From Vicinamibacteria bacterium (GTDB taxonomy: Bacteria > Acidobacteriota > Vicinamibacteria > Marinacidobacterales > Marinacidobacteraceae): 64,000 bases of DNA. Within the stretch, counting starts at the first letter, position 1, and every line of letters starts with the position of its first letter. Location: positions 1,088,001-1,152,000 of the forward strand of contig OZ219815.1 of NCBI GenBank assembly GCA_964291235.2, given 5' to 3'. This document shows, one piece after another, positions 28,088-37,583 of this stretch. The notes under the pieces are model-generated. The model made no database searches, was not told the DNA's origin, and worked only from the letters and a program-made list of their open reading frames with translations. The translations under genes and the position numbers were made by a program.

Positions 28088-29815
28088 GTGCGCAGGTCGA
28101 ATCAGGTGCTCGTCGGTCTCGCGGTCGCCGTTTCCGCGGTGCTCGCGGGGTGTGCTCAGCAAGCCGACCCGGCGGACGCGATCTTCCACGGTGACCACAT
28201 CGTCACCATGGACCCGCAGCAGCCCACCGTGGCAGCGGTCGCGGTGCGTGGCGAGACCATCGTGGCCGCCGGAGCGATGGACGAGGTGATGGCGCTCGAA
28301 GGGCCGTCCACGCGGGTCGTGGATCTGGGCGACCACGCGCTCCTGCCCGGTTTCATTGACGCCCACGGCCACTTCCTGGGAGCGGGCCGCGACCAGGTGT
28401 TGCTGGTCGGGCTGCATCCGCCGCCGGTGGGAGACGTCAACAACATCGACGACATCGTGCGCAAGATCCGGGCGTGGATCGACGAGCACGATATTCCTCC
28501 CGGAGAGCCGGTGACCGGACGCGGCTACGACGACTCGCTGCTCGAGGAAGGCCGGCATCCCACCCGCGAGGATCTGGACCGCGCGTCAACCGAACATCCC
28601 ATCATCCTCACCCACGTGTCGGGACACCTGGTCGCGACCAACTCCGCGCTTCTCGCGGCCAGCAACATCACTGCCGACACGCCGGATCCGCCCGGCGGCC
28701 TGATCCGCCGCATCGAAGGCACGATGGAGCCCGACGGAGTGCTGGAAGAAACCGCCCGCGACCTGCTGGCGTTCGAGCGCAGGCCGACCCCGTCCGGGGA
28801 AGAACTCGACAACCTGATCCGCCGGTCCATCGACATCTACCTGAGCCACGGCACCACCACCGTCCAGGACGGCGGCATCACCCCGGAGCACGCGGCCGTC
28901 CTCCAGGAGGCCGCCGACCGGGAGCCCTTCAATGCGGATGTCGCGGCCTTCATCCGCAAACGCGGCGCGCCCGGCGAGACCCCGGACGTGCCGTACGCGC
29001 GCGGGTATCGCAACGGGTTCCGGGTGGGCGGGGTGAAGCTCATGCTGGACGGTTCTCCCCAGGGACGCACGGCCTGGGTCACGGTCCCGTACGAGGAGGG
29101 CCCGCCGGGCGCACCGCCGGACTACGTGGCCTACGGCGTGATGGATCCCGACGACTACAAGGCCCAGGCGGACCAACTGATCGAGGCGGGCATCCCCTTC
29201 ATTGTGCACGCCAACGGCGACGCGGCGATGGATCTCATGATCGACGGAGTGGACGAGGCGGTCGCGGACCTGGATCCCATGCCCGACCACCGCTCCGTGA
29301 TCATCCACGCCCAGCTCATGCGCGCGGACCAGCTCGACCGCGCCAAGGAGCTGGAGGTGGTGCCCTCGTTCTTCGCGGCGCACGCCTTCTTCTGGGGCGA
29401 CTGGCACCGGCGCAGCTTCGGCGAGGAGCGGGGCAACAACGTCAGCCCCTTGGGTTGGGCCCTCGAGCGGGGGGTGAACTTCACGGTCCACAACGACGCC
29501 TCGGTGGTCCCGCCGCACATGATGCGCCTGGTCTCGATCGCCGTGAACCGCAAGACGCGTAGCGGGCACATCCTCGGGCCGCACCAGCGGGCAACGGTGA
29601 TGCAGGCGCTACACGCGGTCACCCTCGGGGGCGCCTACCAGTACTTCGAGGAGGACACCAAGGGCTCGATCACGGTCGGGAAGCAGGCGGACCTGGTGAT
29701 TCTGGGGGAGAGCCCGCTGACCGCGGAGCCGGAGAGCCTGGAGTTCATCCCGATTCTGGAGACCTTCTCGCGGGGCAGGTCGGTATTCACGAGGTCGGCT
29801 GAGCCGGGGTCGTAG
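28088..29815 (+). CDS. Amidohydrolase_3 family (YtcJ-like) lipoprotein
   Basis: AAGGAG RBS, LAGC lipobox, PGFIDAHGH, KLMLDGS, HANGD, IIHAQ, KGSITVGKQADLV. Confidence 0.9.
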   Translation: MRRSNQVLVGLAVAVSAVLAGCAQQADPADAIFHGDHIVTMDPQQPTVAAVAVRGETIVAAGAMDEVMALEGPSTRVVDLGDHALLPGFIDAHGHFLGAGRDQVLLVGLHPPPVGDVNNIDDIVRKIRAWIDEHDIPPGEPVTGRGYDDSLLEEGRHPTREDLDRASTEHPIILTHVSGHLVATNSALLAASNITADTPDPPGGLIRRIEGTMEPDGVLEETARDLLAFERRPTPSGEELDNLIRRSIDIYLSHGTTTVQDGGITPEHAAVLQEAADREPFNADVAAFIRKRGAPGETPDVPYARGYRNGFRVGGVKLMLDGSPQGRTAWVTVPYEEGPPGAPPDYVAYGVMDPDDYKAQADQLIEAGIPFIVHANGDAAMDLMIDGVDEAVADLDPMPDHRSVIIHAQLMRADQLDRAKELEVVPSFFAAHAFFWGDWHRRSFGEERGNNVSPLGWALERGVNFTVHNDASVVPPHMMRLVSIAVNRKTRSGHILGPHQRATVMQALHAVTLGGAYQYFEEDTKGSITVGKQADLVILGESPLTAEPESLEFIPILETFSRGRSVFTRSAEPGS

Positions 29816-29822
29816 TCGGCCC

Positions 29823-29937
29823 AGCGCCGGCCTGGAGGTCCGGGGCTCCTGGGCGGATCAGGCTTGGGAGTTTCGCGGCCTGCGGCCGCGATGCCTGCCT
29901 GGAGGCTGGCGCTTTTTGCCTGGAGGCCAGCGTTCCC
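29823..29937 (-). repeat. Degenerate REP-like elements
   Basis: GCCGGCCTGGAGG, TTTCGCGGCCTGCGGCCGCGATGCC and CTGGAGGCCAGCGTTCCC fragments. Confidence 0.6.
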
Positions 29938-30053
29938 AGGCGCCTGCGTTTCTGGTCGGTCGGCGAACCGGGTTCCCGCCGGCGTTTCCGAGCCAACGGG
30001 CCGACGCTGCTGCTGCGAAACTGGCTCGGGAAGGCACGCTCTTTCATCTGCTT

Positions 30054-30488
30054 ATGGAGCGCGGATGGGATCCGGAGCTCGCCTATACTGCAGACCAGCG
30101 GATACACGCCATGACTTCGGAAACCGCCGTTGCCCGACTGCAACCGGTAATGGCGGAGCTCCGGCAGATGCGCGAGAGCATGGTCACGAAGACGGATTTG
30201 GCGGGCTTCGCCGCGAAGACGGATTTGGCGGGCTTCGCCACGAAGGCGGATTTGGCGGGCTTTGCCACGAAGGCGGACCTGGCGGGCCTTGCCACCAAGG
30301 CGGACCTGGCGGGCCTTGCCACCAAGGCGGACCTGGCGGGCTTTGCCACTACAGCGGATCTGACCAACCTGCGGCGTGAGTTGGCGGAGCGCGAGGTGCG
30401 CCTCATCAAGTGGGTCTTCGGAGTGATGCTGGTGCCGGTGGCCCTCATCGTCGCTCTTGTCGTCGGATTCGTGACGCTTCTGCTGTAG
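30054..30488 (+). CDS. DUF1640/CCDC90-like coiled-coil protein with ATKADLAG repeats and a C-terminal TM
   Basis: Repeated TKADL, …RLIKW + hydrophobic tail; true start may lie further upstream. Confidence 0.65.
   Translation: MERGWDPELAYTADQRIHAMTSETAVARLQPVMAELRQMRESMVTKTDLAGFAAKTDLAGFATKADLAGFATKADLAGLATKADLAGLATKADLAGFATTADLTNLRRELAEREVRLIKWVFGVMLVPVALIVALVVGFVTLLL
30186..30362 (+). repeat. 27-bp in-frame tandem repeat (about 6.5 copies)
   Basis: ACSAAGRCGGAYYTGGCGGGCYTYGCC-type units. Confidence 0.9.
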
Positions 30489-30490
30489 CT

Positions 30491-30903
30491 GCCGCCGCCC
30501 GCCTGCGGCGGGCGGTGCCGGTCTGCAAGCCGGCGTTCCCGTGCCTGTGTGACATCGAGGCTGGGGGGGGCCGCCGAGAGGGGAACCATCCTGACGCTGG
30601 GGGGTTCGTCCCGCCGCCCGCCTGCGGCGGGCTGTGCCGGCCTGGAGGCCGGCGTTCCCGTGCCTGTGTGACATCAAGGCTGGTGGGGTTCCGGCCGAGA
30701 CGGGAACCATCCTGACGCTGGGGGGTTCGTCCCGCCGCCCGCCTGCGGCGGGCTGTGCCGGCCTGGAGGCCGGCGTTCCCGTGCCTGTGTGACATCAAGG
30801 CTGGGGGGGGGTTCCCGCCGAGACGGGAACCATCCTGACACTGAGGGGTCCGTCCCGCCGCCCGCCTGTGGCGGGCTGTGCCGGCCTGGAGGCCGGCGTT
30901 CCA
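30491..30903 (-). repeat. Tandem REP-like cluster (about 120-bp unit, about 3.4 copies)
   Basis: Reverse-orientation copies of the 11.4-kb unit between convergent genes. Confidence 0.85.
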
Positions 30904-30940
30904 AGCCCATGCGCCGTGCGGGGGGGTGGCTATCCGCGGG

Positions 30941-32371
30941 CTACTCCTGACGTTCGAAGATCAGGTCGCGCACGCGTCCGCCGGTCACGGTGAAGCCGGC
31001 GACGCGGCCCGCGCCGTCGCGAATGAAGCGCACTTCGGGGAGGAACCACTGGTCGCCCTTGAAGGTGTCGTCGCCGGTCGGGGAGAGCACGCTCGGGTCG
31101 TTGCGCCAGTGGCTCGCCACCAGGCGGCCCTCCGTATCGACTCCGAGATCGAAGGTGCTGTCCAGTTCCGGGCTGCGGTAGCTGCCCGCGTACTCCTGCA
31201 ACTGCTGGGCGGTCAGGTCGGGGCCTTCGGGGTCGGGCTCCGGCTCGGAGCCTTCCGGCTCGGGCCCCAGGAGATCGCCGATGAAGACCTCGGCGACCTT
31301 GCGAGCCCGTCCGGCGGGGTCGCAGTCCGAAACGTTGCAGAAGACCGCGATCGAGAGATTCTGCTCCGGGAAGCGCACGAAGTTGGTGCGGTAACCCACC
31401 CACGAACCCCCGTGACCGAAGGTCGGCAGCCCCCGATAGTCCGTCACCGACAGACCGTGGGCGTAGTCCAGGGTTTCGCCGTTCGTGAGCACGCCCCGCT
31501 CGACCATCGTGCGCAGCATCTCCTCGCCACCGACGTGGCCGGTCTCGTAGTTGCGCATCCAGAGGATGAAGTCGTCCAGGGTGGTGTTTAGCGAGGAGGA
31601 AGCCAGCGCGGTGAGCTGGTTGGGCATCCGCTGGAATCCCTCGCCACCTTCGACCGGCGCGTAGGACTCCGCCCGGCCGGGCACGACCTCCAGGTAGTCG
31701 TCCGAGAAGTGGGTGCGGGTCATCCCGAGGGGCGCGAAGATCCGCGACTGGGTGTACTCGCGGAACGTCATCCCCGACTGCACCTCGATCACGCGCGCCA
31801 GCAGGTTGTAGGCCGTGTTCGAATAGGCGTACTCCGAACCGGGCGGGAAGTTGATCGCCCGCTGGCGGTAGAGCATCCGCAGGATCTTCTCGAACGAGAT
31901 GACATCGGTGAAGCCGATCCCGCCGAGCGCCATCGTGTGCGGCCAGTCGCGGATCCCGCTGGTGTGGTGGATCAGGTGGCGCGCCGTGATGACCGCGCCG
32001 AAGTCGGGCAGTTCGGGGACGTAGCCGCGCACATCCGCATCGAGGTCGAGCTTGCCTTCGGATTCGAGAAGGAGAGCCGCCAGGGCGCCGAACTGCTTGG
32101 ATATCGAGGCGATGTCGAAGACCGTTTCCGGCGTGATGGGGACGGCGTGATCGAGGTGGGCGGCGCCGTAGCCGGCGCGGTGGACCACCTCGCCGTTCCA
32201 CCGGACTCCCACCGCGGCCCCGGGCCGGTCGCCCTGAAGGTCAGCGAAGATCGCATCGACTTCCGCATTCGTCGGCCCGTCGGATCCGATCGCGGCCGGA
32301 CCGCAGGCAGGGAGGATCAGGAGGCTGAGCGCGGCCACGGTGGCGTGCGTGATCGAGGTTCTCCGCTTCAT
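30941..32371 (-). CDS. Serine hydrolase, beta-lactamase family lipoprotein
   Basis: LPAC lipobox, FDIASISK, HHTSG, YSN, HGG. Confidence 0.9.
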   Translation of the reverse strand: MKRRTSITHATVAALSLLILPACGPAAIGSDGPTNAEVDAIFADLQGDRPGAAVGVRWNGEVVHRAGYGAAHLDHAVPITPETVFDIASISKQFGALAALLLESEGKLDLDADVRGYVPELPDFGAVITARHLIHHTSGIRDWPHTMALGGIGFTDVISFEKILRMLYRQRAINFPPGSEYAYSNTAYNLLARVIEVQSGMTFREYTQSRIFAPLGMTRTHFSDDYLEVVPGRAESYAPVEGGEGFQRMPNQLTALASSSLNTTLDDFILWMRNYETGHVGGEEMLRTMVERGVLTNGETLDYAHGLSVTDYRGLPTFGHGGSWVGYRTNFVRFPEQNLSIAVFCNVSDCDPAGRARKVAEVFIGDLLGPEPEGSEPEPDPEGPDLTAQQLQEYAGSYRSPELDSTFDLGVDTEGRLVASHWRNDPSVLSPTGDDTFKGDQWFLPEVRFIRDGAGRVAGFTVTGGRVRDLIFERQE

Positions 32372-32464
32372 GGCTTCATTCCCTCTCCGTCAGGTTTTTT
32401 CGGTTGGTTTACTGTCTTTCGGACGATTCCCGAAGATACCCCACACAGACGGGAGGATGACGCG

Positions 32465-34387
32465 ATGAAGCACTTGGCATGGATGGTCGCCGCCCTCGCG
32501 CTGGCGCTCAGCGCGTGCGGCGCTCCGGCGACTGACGTTCCGGACGAAGCCGCGCCCCCGGCGGACGGCGTCTTCGCCACCATCGCCCCGTTCGGGAGCT
32601 ACGGCCACGTCCACGGCCCCGACAACGTCGAGGCCATGCGGCCCCGCGTCATGGGGACGCACGGGGTGATCTCCTCCGGGCACTACCTGGCCACGCAGGC
32701 CGGGTACGACGTCCTCAAGGCCGGGGGCAACGCCTTCGACGCCGGAGTGACCGCGGGGATGGCGCTCAAGGTGCTGAAGATGGACTACGCGGGCTGGACC
32801 GGAGTCGCGCCGCTCATCGTGTACAGCGCCGCCGAGAACCGCGTGCTCACGCGGGTCGGGGCCGGGACCTCGCCCGCGCTCGCCACCCTCGACTACTTCC
32901 TCGAACACGGCAAGTCGCCCATCAACAACGCGCTGATTCCTGCGGACGTGGATGTCTGGCTGGCCGCCCTCGACCGTTTCGGGACCCTCAGCTTCAGCGA
33001 GGCCGCGGCGCCGGCGCTCCGCATCGCGGAGGAGGGCTATCACCTATACAAGATGCAGAAGCGGATGATCGAGGATCACCAGGACGGGATCCTCGCCTTT
33101 CCCTACAACCGCGACTTCTGGTTCCCGAACGGAGTCGGCGAGCAGCGTCTCGGCGACCTCATGGTGAACGCCGATCTGGGACGGCTCATCCGCTACCTGA
33201 TGGAGGCCGAGCGGCAGGCGCTGGCGGCGGGAGCAAGCCGTTCCGAAGGGATCCGCGCCGCCCGGGACGCCTTCTACAAGGGCGATCCGGCGCGCGACGT
33301 GGACCGCTTCTTCCGGGAGCAGGGAGGCATCGTCCGCTACGAGGACCTGGCGGGATACGAGAGTCGCTGGGAGGAGCCGCTCGGAACCAGCTTCCACGGC
33401 TACGACGTCCACACCGGCGCCGGATGGAGCCAGGGGCCGCGCATCATCCTGATGCTCAACATGCTGGAGAACTACGATCTGCGCGCCCTCGGCTACAACA
33501 CGCCGGACTACATCCACCTCGTCTCGCAGGTGATCAACCTGGCGATGGCGGACGCCCACAAGTACGTCGCGGATCCGGATTTCGCGCCTCCTCCGGAGAA
33601 CCTCTACGGCAAGGCGTACGCGCGCGAGCGCATCGGGCTCATCGACGAGGCGAGCGCGTTTGAGGACATGCCGCCGTGGGGCGATCCCGAGCGGATGGCG
33701 GCGGTGGCGGACGACGCGCCGGAGAGCTTCGTGGCGCCGCTCTCGACGGACGCCGCCGCGGGCCGCCCGGGGTCGGACGACGCCGATCACGCAGCCAACT
33801 ACGGTGATACCTCCTCCCTGAATGTCATGGACGGGGAGGGAAACGTGTTTTCGTTCACCGAGAGCGACGGCCATACCTCCACTCCCATGATCCCGGGATG
33901 GGGATTCGGGCTGGGCGGCCGCATGTACCAGTTCAACCTGGACCCGGAGCTGGCCAACGTGATGGCGCCCGGGAAGCGCCCCCGCAACACCAACTCGCCC
34001 CTGCTGGTGATGAGGGACGGCCAGCCGGTCATGGGTCTCTCCACTCCCGGCGGCGACCAGCAGTTGCAGTCTCTCCTCCAGGTCTTCCTGAACGTGGTGG
34101 TGTGGGGGATGTCCCCGGAGCAGGCCCTGGACCAGCCCCGTTTTGGCAGCTACAACTTCCCGGGCACGGGAAGCGAGGTGAACGACAATCCGGCCGTCCT
34201 CAACGTGGAGGACCGGATCCCGGCGGAGACGGTAGAAGCGCTGCGCGCCATGGGCCACGACGTGCGCCCGTGGGGTCTTTGGAACTGGCGCGCGTGCGCT
34301 CCCACGGTGACCTGGCGCGACCCGGCAACGGGGTTGATGATCGCGGCCGGGGACGTGCGCCGGGAGACCGCATCGCTCGGATTCTGA
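32465..34387 (+). CDS. ggt: Gamma-glutamyltransferase family lipoprotein
   Basis: GGNAFDA, FYKG, DTSSLNVMDGEGN (Thr nucleophile), PGKRP, TPGGD. Confidence 0.85.
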   Translation: MKHLAWMVAALALALSACGAPATDVPDEAAPPADGVFATIAPFGSYGHVHGPDNVEAMRPRVMGTHGVISSGHYLATQAGYDVLKAGGNAFDAGVTAGMALKVLKMDYAGWTGVAPLIVYSAAENRVLTRVGAGTSPALATLDYFLEHGKSPINNALIPADVDVWLAALDRFGTLSFSEAAAPALRIAEEGYHLYKMQKRMIEDHQDGILAFPYNRDFWFPNGVGEQRLGDLMVNADLGRLIRYLMEAERQALAAGASRSEGIRAARDAFYKGDPARDVDRFFREQGGIVRYEDLAGYESRWEEPLGTSFHGYDVHTGAGWSQGPRIILMLNMLENYDLRALGYNTPDYIHLVSQVINLAMADAHKYVADPDFAPPPENLYGKAYARERIGLIDEASAFEDMPPWGDPERMAAVADDAPESFVAPLSTDAAAGRPGSDDADHAANYGDTSSLNVMDGEGNVFSFTESDGHTSTPMIPGWGFGLGGRMYQFNLDPELANVMAPGKRPRNTNSPLLVMRDGQPVMGLSTPGGDQQLQSLLQVFLNVVVWGMSPEQALDQPRFGSYNFPGTGSEVNDNPAVLNVEDRIPAETVEALRAMGHDVRPWGLWNWRACAPTVTWRDPATGLMIAAGDVRRETASLGF

Positions 34388-34442
34388 CCGGCAGCATCGG
34401 GGCCTGCGAACAACCGTTGCCTGCGGCTAGTCTCTCCGTCTC

Positions 34443-36230
34443 ATGAGCCCTCCCGGGAGCCTCTTCGGCCCCCCGCCCGCGCCCGATCCGGCGCCGTCCA
34501 CGAGCGACGCCCAGCCCACGACAACAGAAGCCCCCGCGGCAACGGAACCCCCCGCCGGGGCGGACGTTCCGGCCGCGGCCGAAGCTGCGCTGGCGGCAGA
34601 AGTCCCCGCAGAGCCGGAAGTCCCAGCCGCGCCGGAAATCCCAGCCGCGCCGGAAATCCCTGCGGCGCCGGACATCGCCGTCGCGCCGGAAGTTGCCGCC
34701 GCGCTGGAAGCCGAGGTCACCAGCGGGGCCGCGGAACAGCTCTCCGAGGACCCGCCCGCCGCGGTTGAGGCGCCGGGTGAGCCGCCCGTTTCCGGGCCCG
34801 CGGGCGAGGCCGCCGAAACGCCGGTCGCCACGGCCGGCGATGACTACCAGGTGCTGGCGCTCCGCTACCGCCCCCAGACCTTCGCGGATCTGGTGGGCCA
34901 GGAGGCGATCGCCCGCACCCTCCAGAACGCGATCCGGAAGAGCCGCGTCTCGCACGCGTTCCTGTTCGCCGGACCCCGCGGGGTGGGGAAGACCACCACC
35001 GCCCGGATTCTTGCGAAGGCGCTGAACTGTTCGGCTACCGAAGGGCCGAATGCGGAGCCCTGCGGGACGTGTCCTTCCTGCCGTGAGATTGCCGGTGGGT
35101 TTTCGCGGGACGTGCCCGAGATCGACGGCGCCAGCAACAACAGCGTGGAAAAGGCGCGCGAGATCATCGAGACGGCGCACTACACCCCGGCGCGCGACCG
35201 CTTCAAGATCTTCCTGGTGGACGAGGTCCACATGCTGAGCGGGGGCGCCTTCAATGCGCTCCTCAAGACGCTCGAGGAACCGCCCCCGCACGTGAAGTTC
35301 ATCTTCGCGACCACGGAGATCCACCGGATTCCGGACACCATCCTTTCGCGCTGCCAGCAGTTCGACTTCCGCGCCGTCACCCAGCGGGCCGTGGTCGAGC
35401 GGCTGCGCCATGTCGTGGAGGACCAGGGTTTTGAGGTCGCCCCGGAGGCGCTGTCCCAGATCGCCCGGTTCGGGCAGGGAAGCCTCCGGGATGCGCTCTC
35501 GGCGCTCGACCAGGTGATCGCGGCGGTGGACGGAGCCGTCACTGCCGGGGACGTGAGCGAAGTGATCGGGGTCCCCGACGTGCAGATCTGCCGGCGCGCG
35601 GGCGTCGCCATTGTCGAAGGCGACCGCCGGGCGGTCTTCGAGATCGTCGAGGAACTGGTCAGCGAGGGCCGGGACCTGAAGCACTTCGTGACCCTGCTCA
35701 TGCACTACCTGCGGGACCTGACCGTGGTGCGCGTGGCGCCCGACCGGGCCGACCTGCTGGAGTGGCCGCAGGAACGGGATCGGCTCGCGGAGTTCGCCGG
35801 CCGGTTCAGCGAGGAGGACCTGCTCAGGAGCCTCGATGTCCTCACGAAGATCGAGGAGGGACTGCGGTGGTCCCCCGAGCCTCGGTTCCACCTGGAAATG
35901 GCTCTTCTGAGGCTCGTCGAAATGCCGCGCCTGGCGGCGTTCGACCGTCTCCTGGCGCAGATGGACCAGCCCGGGGCCAAACCCGCGGCGCCTGCCGCGA
36001 CCGGCGCGTCCCCGACCGCCGTGAGCGGCGCATCCCCGCCCGCGACGCCTCCTCCGGCTCCCGATCCGCCGGATTCCCCTCCGGCTTCCGCGGAACCAAC
36101 CGCGGAGGACGGCGGCAACCTGCTCCTGGATCCGCCCCGGGTGGTGAAGGATTACCAGGAGACTTTTGGAGGCACTATCGTTTCGGTGAAAGCCCTGCCG
36201 GGAGAGCCCCCATCGGAATCGGAGTCCTAG
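34443..36230 (+). CDS. dnaX: DNA polymerase III subunit gamma/tau with a long acidic Ala/Pro N-terminal extension
   Basis: LRYRPQTF, GPRGVGKTT, C…CxxCxxC, EIDGASNN, DEVHMLS, LLKTLEEPP, SRC. Confidence 0.95.
   Translation: MSPPGSLFGPPPAPDPAPSTSDAQPTTTEAPAATEPPAGADVPAAAEAALAAEVPAEPEVPAAPEIPAAPEIPAAPDIAVAPEVAAALEAEVTSGAAEQLSEDPPAAVEAPGEPPVSGPAGEAAETPVATAGDDYQVLALRYRPQTFADLVGQEAIARTLQNAIRKSRVSHAFLFAGPRGVGKTTTARILAKALNCSATEGPNAEPCGTCPSCREIAGGFSRDVPEIDGASNNSVEKAREIIETAHYTPARDRFKIFLVDEVHMLSGGAFNALLKTLEEPPPHVKFIFATTEIHRIPDTILSRCQQFDFRAVTQRAVVERLRHVVEDQGFEVAPEALSQIARFGQGSLRDALSALDQVIAAVDGAVTAGDVSEVIGVPDVQICRRAGVAIVEGDRRAVFEIVEELVSEGRDLKHFVTLLMHYLRDLTVVRVAPDRADLLEWPQERDRLAEFAGRFSEEDLLRSLDVLTKIEEGLRWSPEPRFHLEMALLRLVEMPRLAAFDRLLAQMDQPGAKPAAPAATGASPTAVSGASPPATPPPAPDPPDSPPASAEPTAEDGGNLLLDPPRVVKDYQETFGGTIVSVKALPGEPPSESES
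34577..34720 (+). repeat. 18-bp in-frame tandem repeat (APE(I/V)PA) in the dnaX 5' extension
   Basis: GCCGGAA(A/G)TCCCAGCCGC-like units; five clear copies at 34613-34702 plus degenerate flanks. Confidence 0.75.
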
Positions 36231-36302
36231 TCCGAAAGACTCTCCCCAAGTGTTCATTGTCGCCCGGGACGGGAGTTCCGGTGCGAAGGAGGAAAACGAG
36301 CG

Positions 36303-36605
36303 ATGCTCTCGAAGATTCACCAGGTCACCAAACAGATGGGACAGCTCCGCAAGCTGAAGCGGCAGATCGAGTCTCTCGAAGGTGAAGGAGCTTCCGGCGG
36401 CGGGATGGTCAAGGTGCGGATGAACGGCGCCCGCCAGGTGCGGCGGGTCACGATCGATCCGGACGCCGTGCGTTCGGGCGATGTGGAACTCCTCGAGGAC
36501 CTCGTGAAGGCGGCGGTCAACGACGCCTCCCGGAAGATCGAGCAGCAGATGCAGGAGAGGATCGGCTCGCTCGAAGAACTTGGACAACTCACCGGCGGTC
36601 GATGA
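36303..36605 (+). CDS. ybaB: YbaB/EbfC nucleoid-associated protein
   Basis: SGGGMVKV…IDP…LEDLVKAAVNDA; dnaX-ybaB-recR synteny. Confidence 0.92.
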   Translation: MLSKIHQVTKQMGQLRKLKRQIESLEGEGASGGGMVKVRMNGARQVRRVTIDPDAVRSGDVELLEDLVKAAVNDASRKIEQQMQERIGSLEELGQLTGGR

Positions 36606-37201
36606 GCGGGCTGCCGGAACCGCTTTCAAGACTCATCGGTGAGCTGAAGCGTCTCCCCGGGATCGGGGAGAAGTCCGCGCAGCGAATCGCCTTCCACCTG
36701 CTGCAGGGGGCACGGGACCGCGCCGCGGCTCTGGGGACGGCGGCGTCCACCCTGCACGACCAGGTGTCCCGGTGCCGGGTTTGCGGCAACTTCACCGACG
36801 CGCAGCCCTGCGGCTTTTGCCGGAATCCAGGCCGGGCCGACACGATGCTCTGCGTCGTCGAGGATCCGGCAGACATCGCGGCGATCGAAAAGGCGAAGAT
36901 CTTCAACGGCCGCTACCACGTGCTGGGCAGGATGGCTTTCCCCCCCCAGGGAGACCCGGTGGAAGAGCGCAGCCTGGCCAGCCTGCTGGAGCGCGTCCGG
37001 GAAGGCCGCTTCGAAGAGGTCATCGTGGCCACGAATCCCACCCACGACGGGGAGGCGGCCGCCGCCTGGCTGGCGCATCTGTTGAAACCTCACGACATTC
37101 GGGTGACTCGCATCGGAATCGGCATCCCGATGGGAAGCGAACTGGTCCACACCGACGAGACCACCATGGCGGAGGCCCTCCAGCACCGGAGCACCCTCTG
37201 A
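36602..37201 (+). CDS. recR: Recombination mediator RecR
   Basis: LPGIGEKSAQR HhH, C4 zinc finger, CVVE, YHVLG, EVIVATNPT. Confidence 0.95.
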   Translation: MSGLPEPLSRLIGELKRLPGIGEKSAQRIAFHLLQGARDRAAALGTAASTLHDQVSRCRVCGNFTDAQPCGFCRNPGRADTMLCVVEDPADIAAIEKAKIFNGRYHVLGRMAFPPQGDPVEERSLASLLERVREGRFEEVIVATNPTHDGEAAAAWLAHLLKPHDIRVTRIGIGIPMGSELVHTDETTMAEALQHRSTL

Positions 37202-37274
37202 GGCGTGCGGACCGGCCCGGCGCCGCCGGGATCAGCTTCTTGCCCCGTTCGCGGACCCGCGTGGTTTGCGTTCT

Positions 37275-37389
37275 GCCTGGGAGGCTTGGAGGCTGGCGTT
37301 CGCTTTCGTTTCGGCTGCGCTCGCGGTTGAGGGGTGCGGTTTCGACCGCCTCTCGGCGGTCGATGCCGGCTGGAAGCCGGCGCTCCTAC
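37275..37389 (-). repeat. GTAG-type REP element(s)
   Basis: Minus strand GTAGGAGCGCCGGCTTCCAGCCGGCATCG plus a degenerate second copy. Confidence 0.65.
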
Positions 37390-37474
37390 GCGCGATGCGT
37401 CGCCGGCCGCCAGCCGGGTTTCGGGGGTTCGGCGGGCTGCTAAACTCAGCCGCCTTTCGTGAGTGCCTTTCGAA

Positions 37475-37549
37475 TCCACGGTAGCTCAATGGCAGAGCAG
37501 CGGACTGTTAATCCGTTGGTTGTAGGTTCAAGTCCTACCCGTGGAGCCA
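37475..37549 (+). tRNA. tRNA-Asn(GTT)
   Basis: TCCACGG/CCGTGGA acceptor, CGGA-CTGTTAA-TCCG anticodon arm, GTTCAAGT T-loop, encoded CCA. Confidence 0.96.
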
Positions 37550-37583
37550 GGCGCTCCGCTATTCGACCGGGAGGTTGGTCGGA

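Noticed and set aside
34388-34442. SRP RNA (ffs), often found upstream of dnaX
   Set aside because: The gap is only about 55 bp with no CAGG…GGAA…AGCAG helix-8 motif; a partial CCGGAAGCAGC near 44510 also lacks the full structure.
35900-36230. Programmed -1 frameshift in dnaX (gamma/tau)
   Set aside because: No A-AAA-AAG slippery site or poly-A tract is visible.
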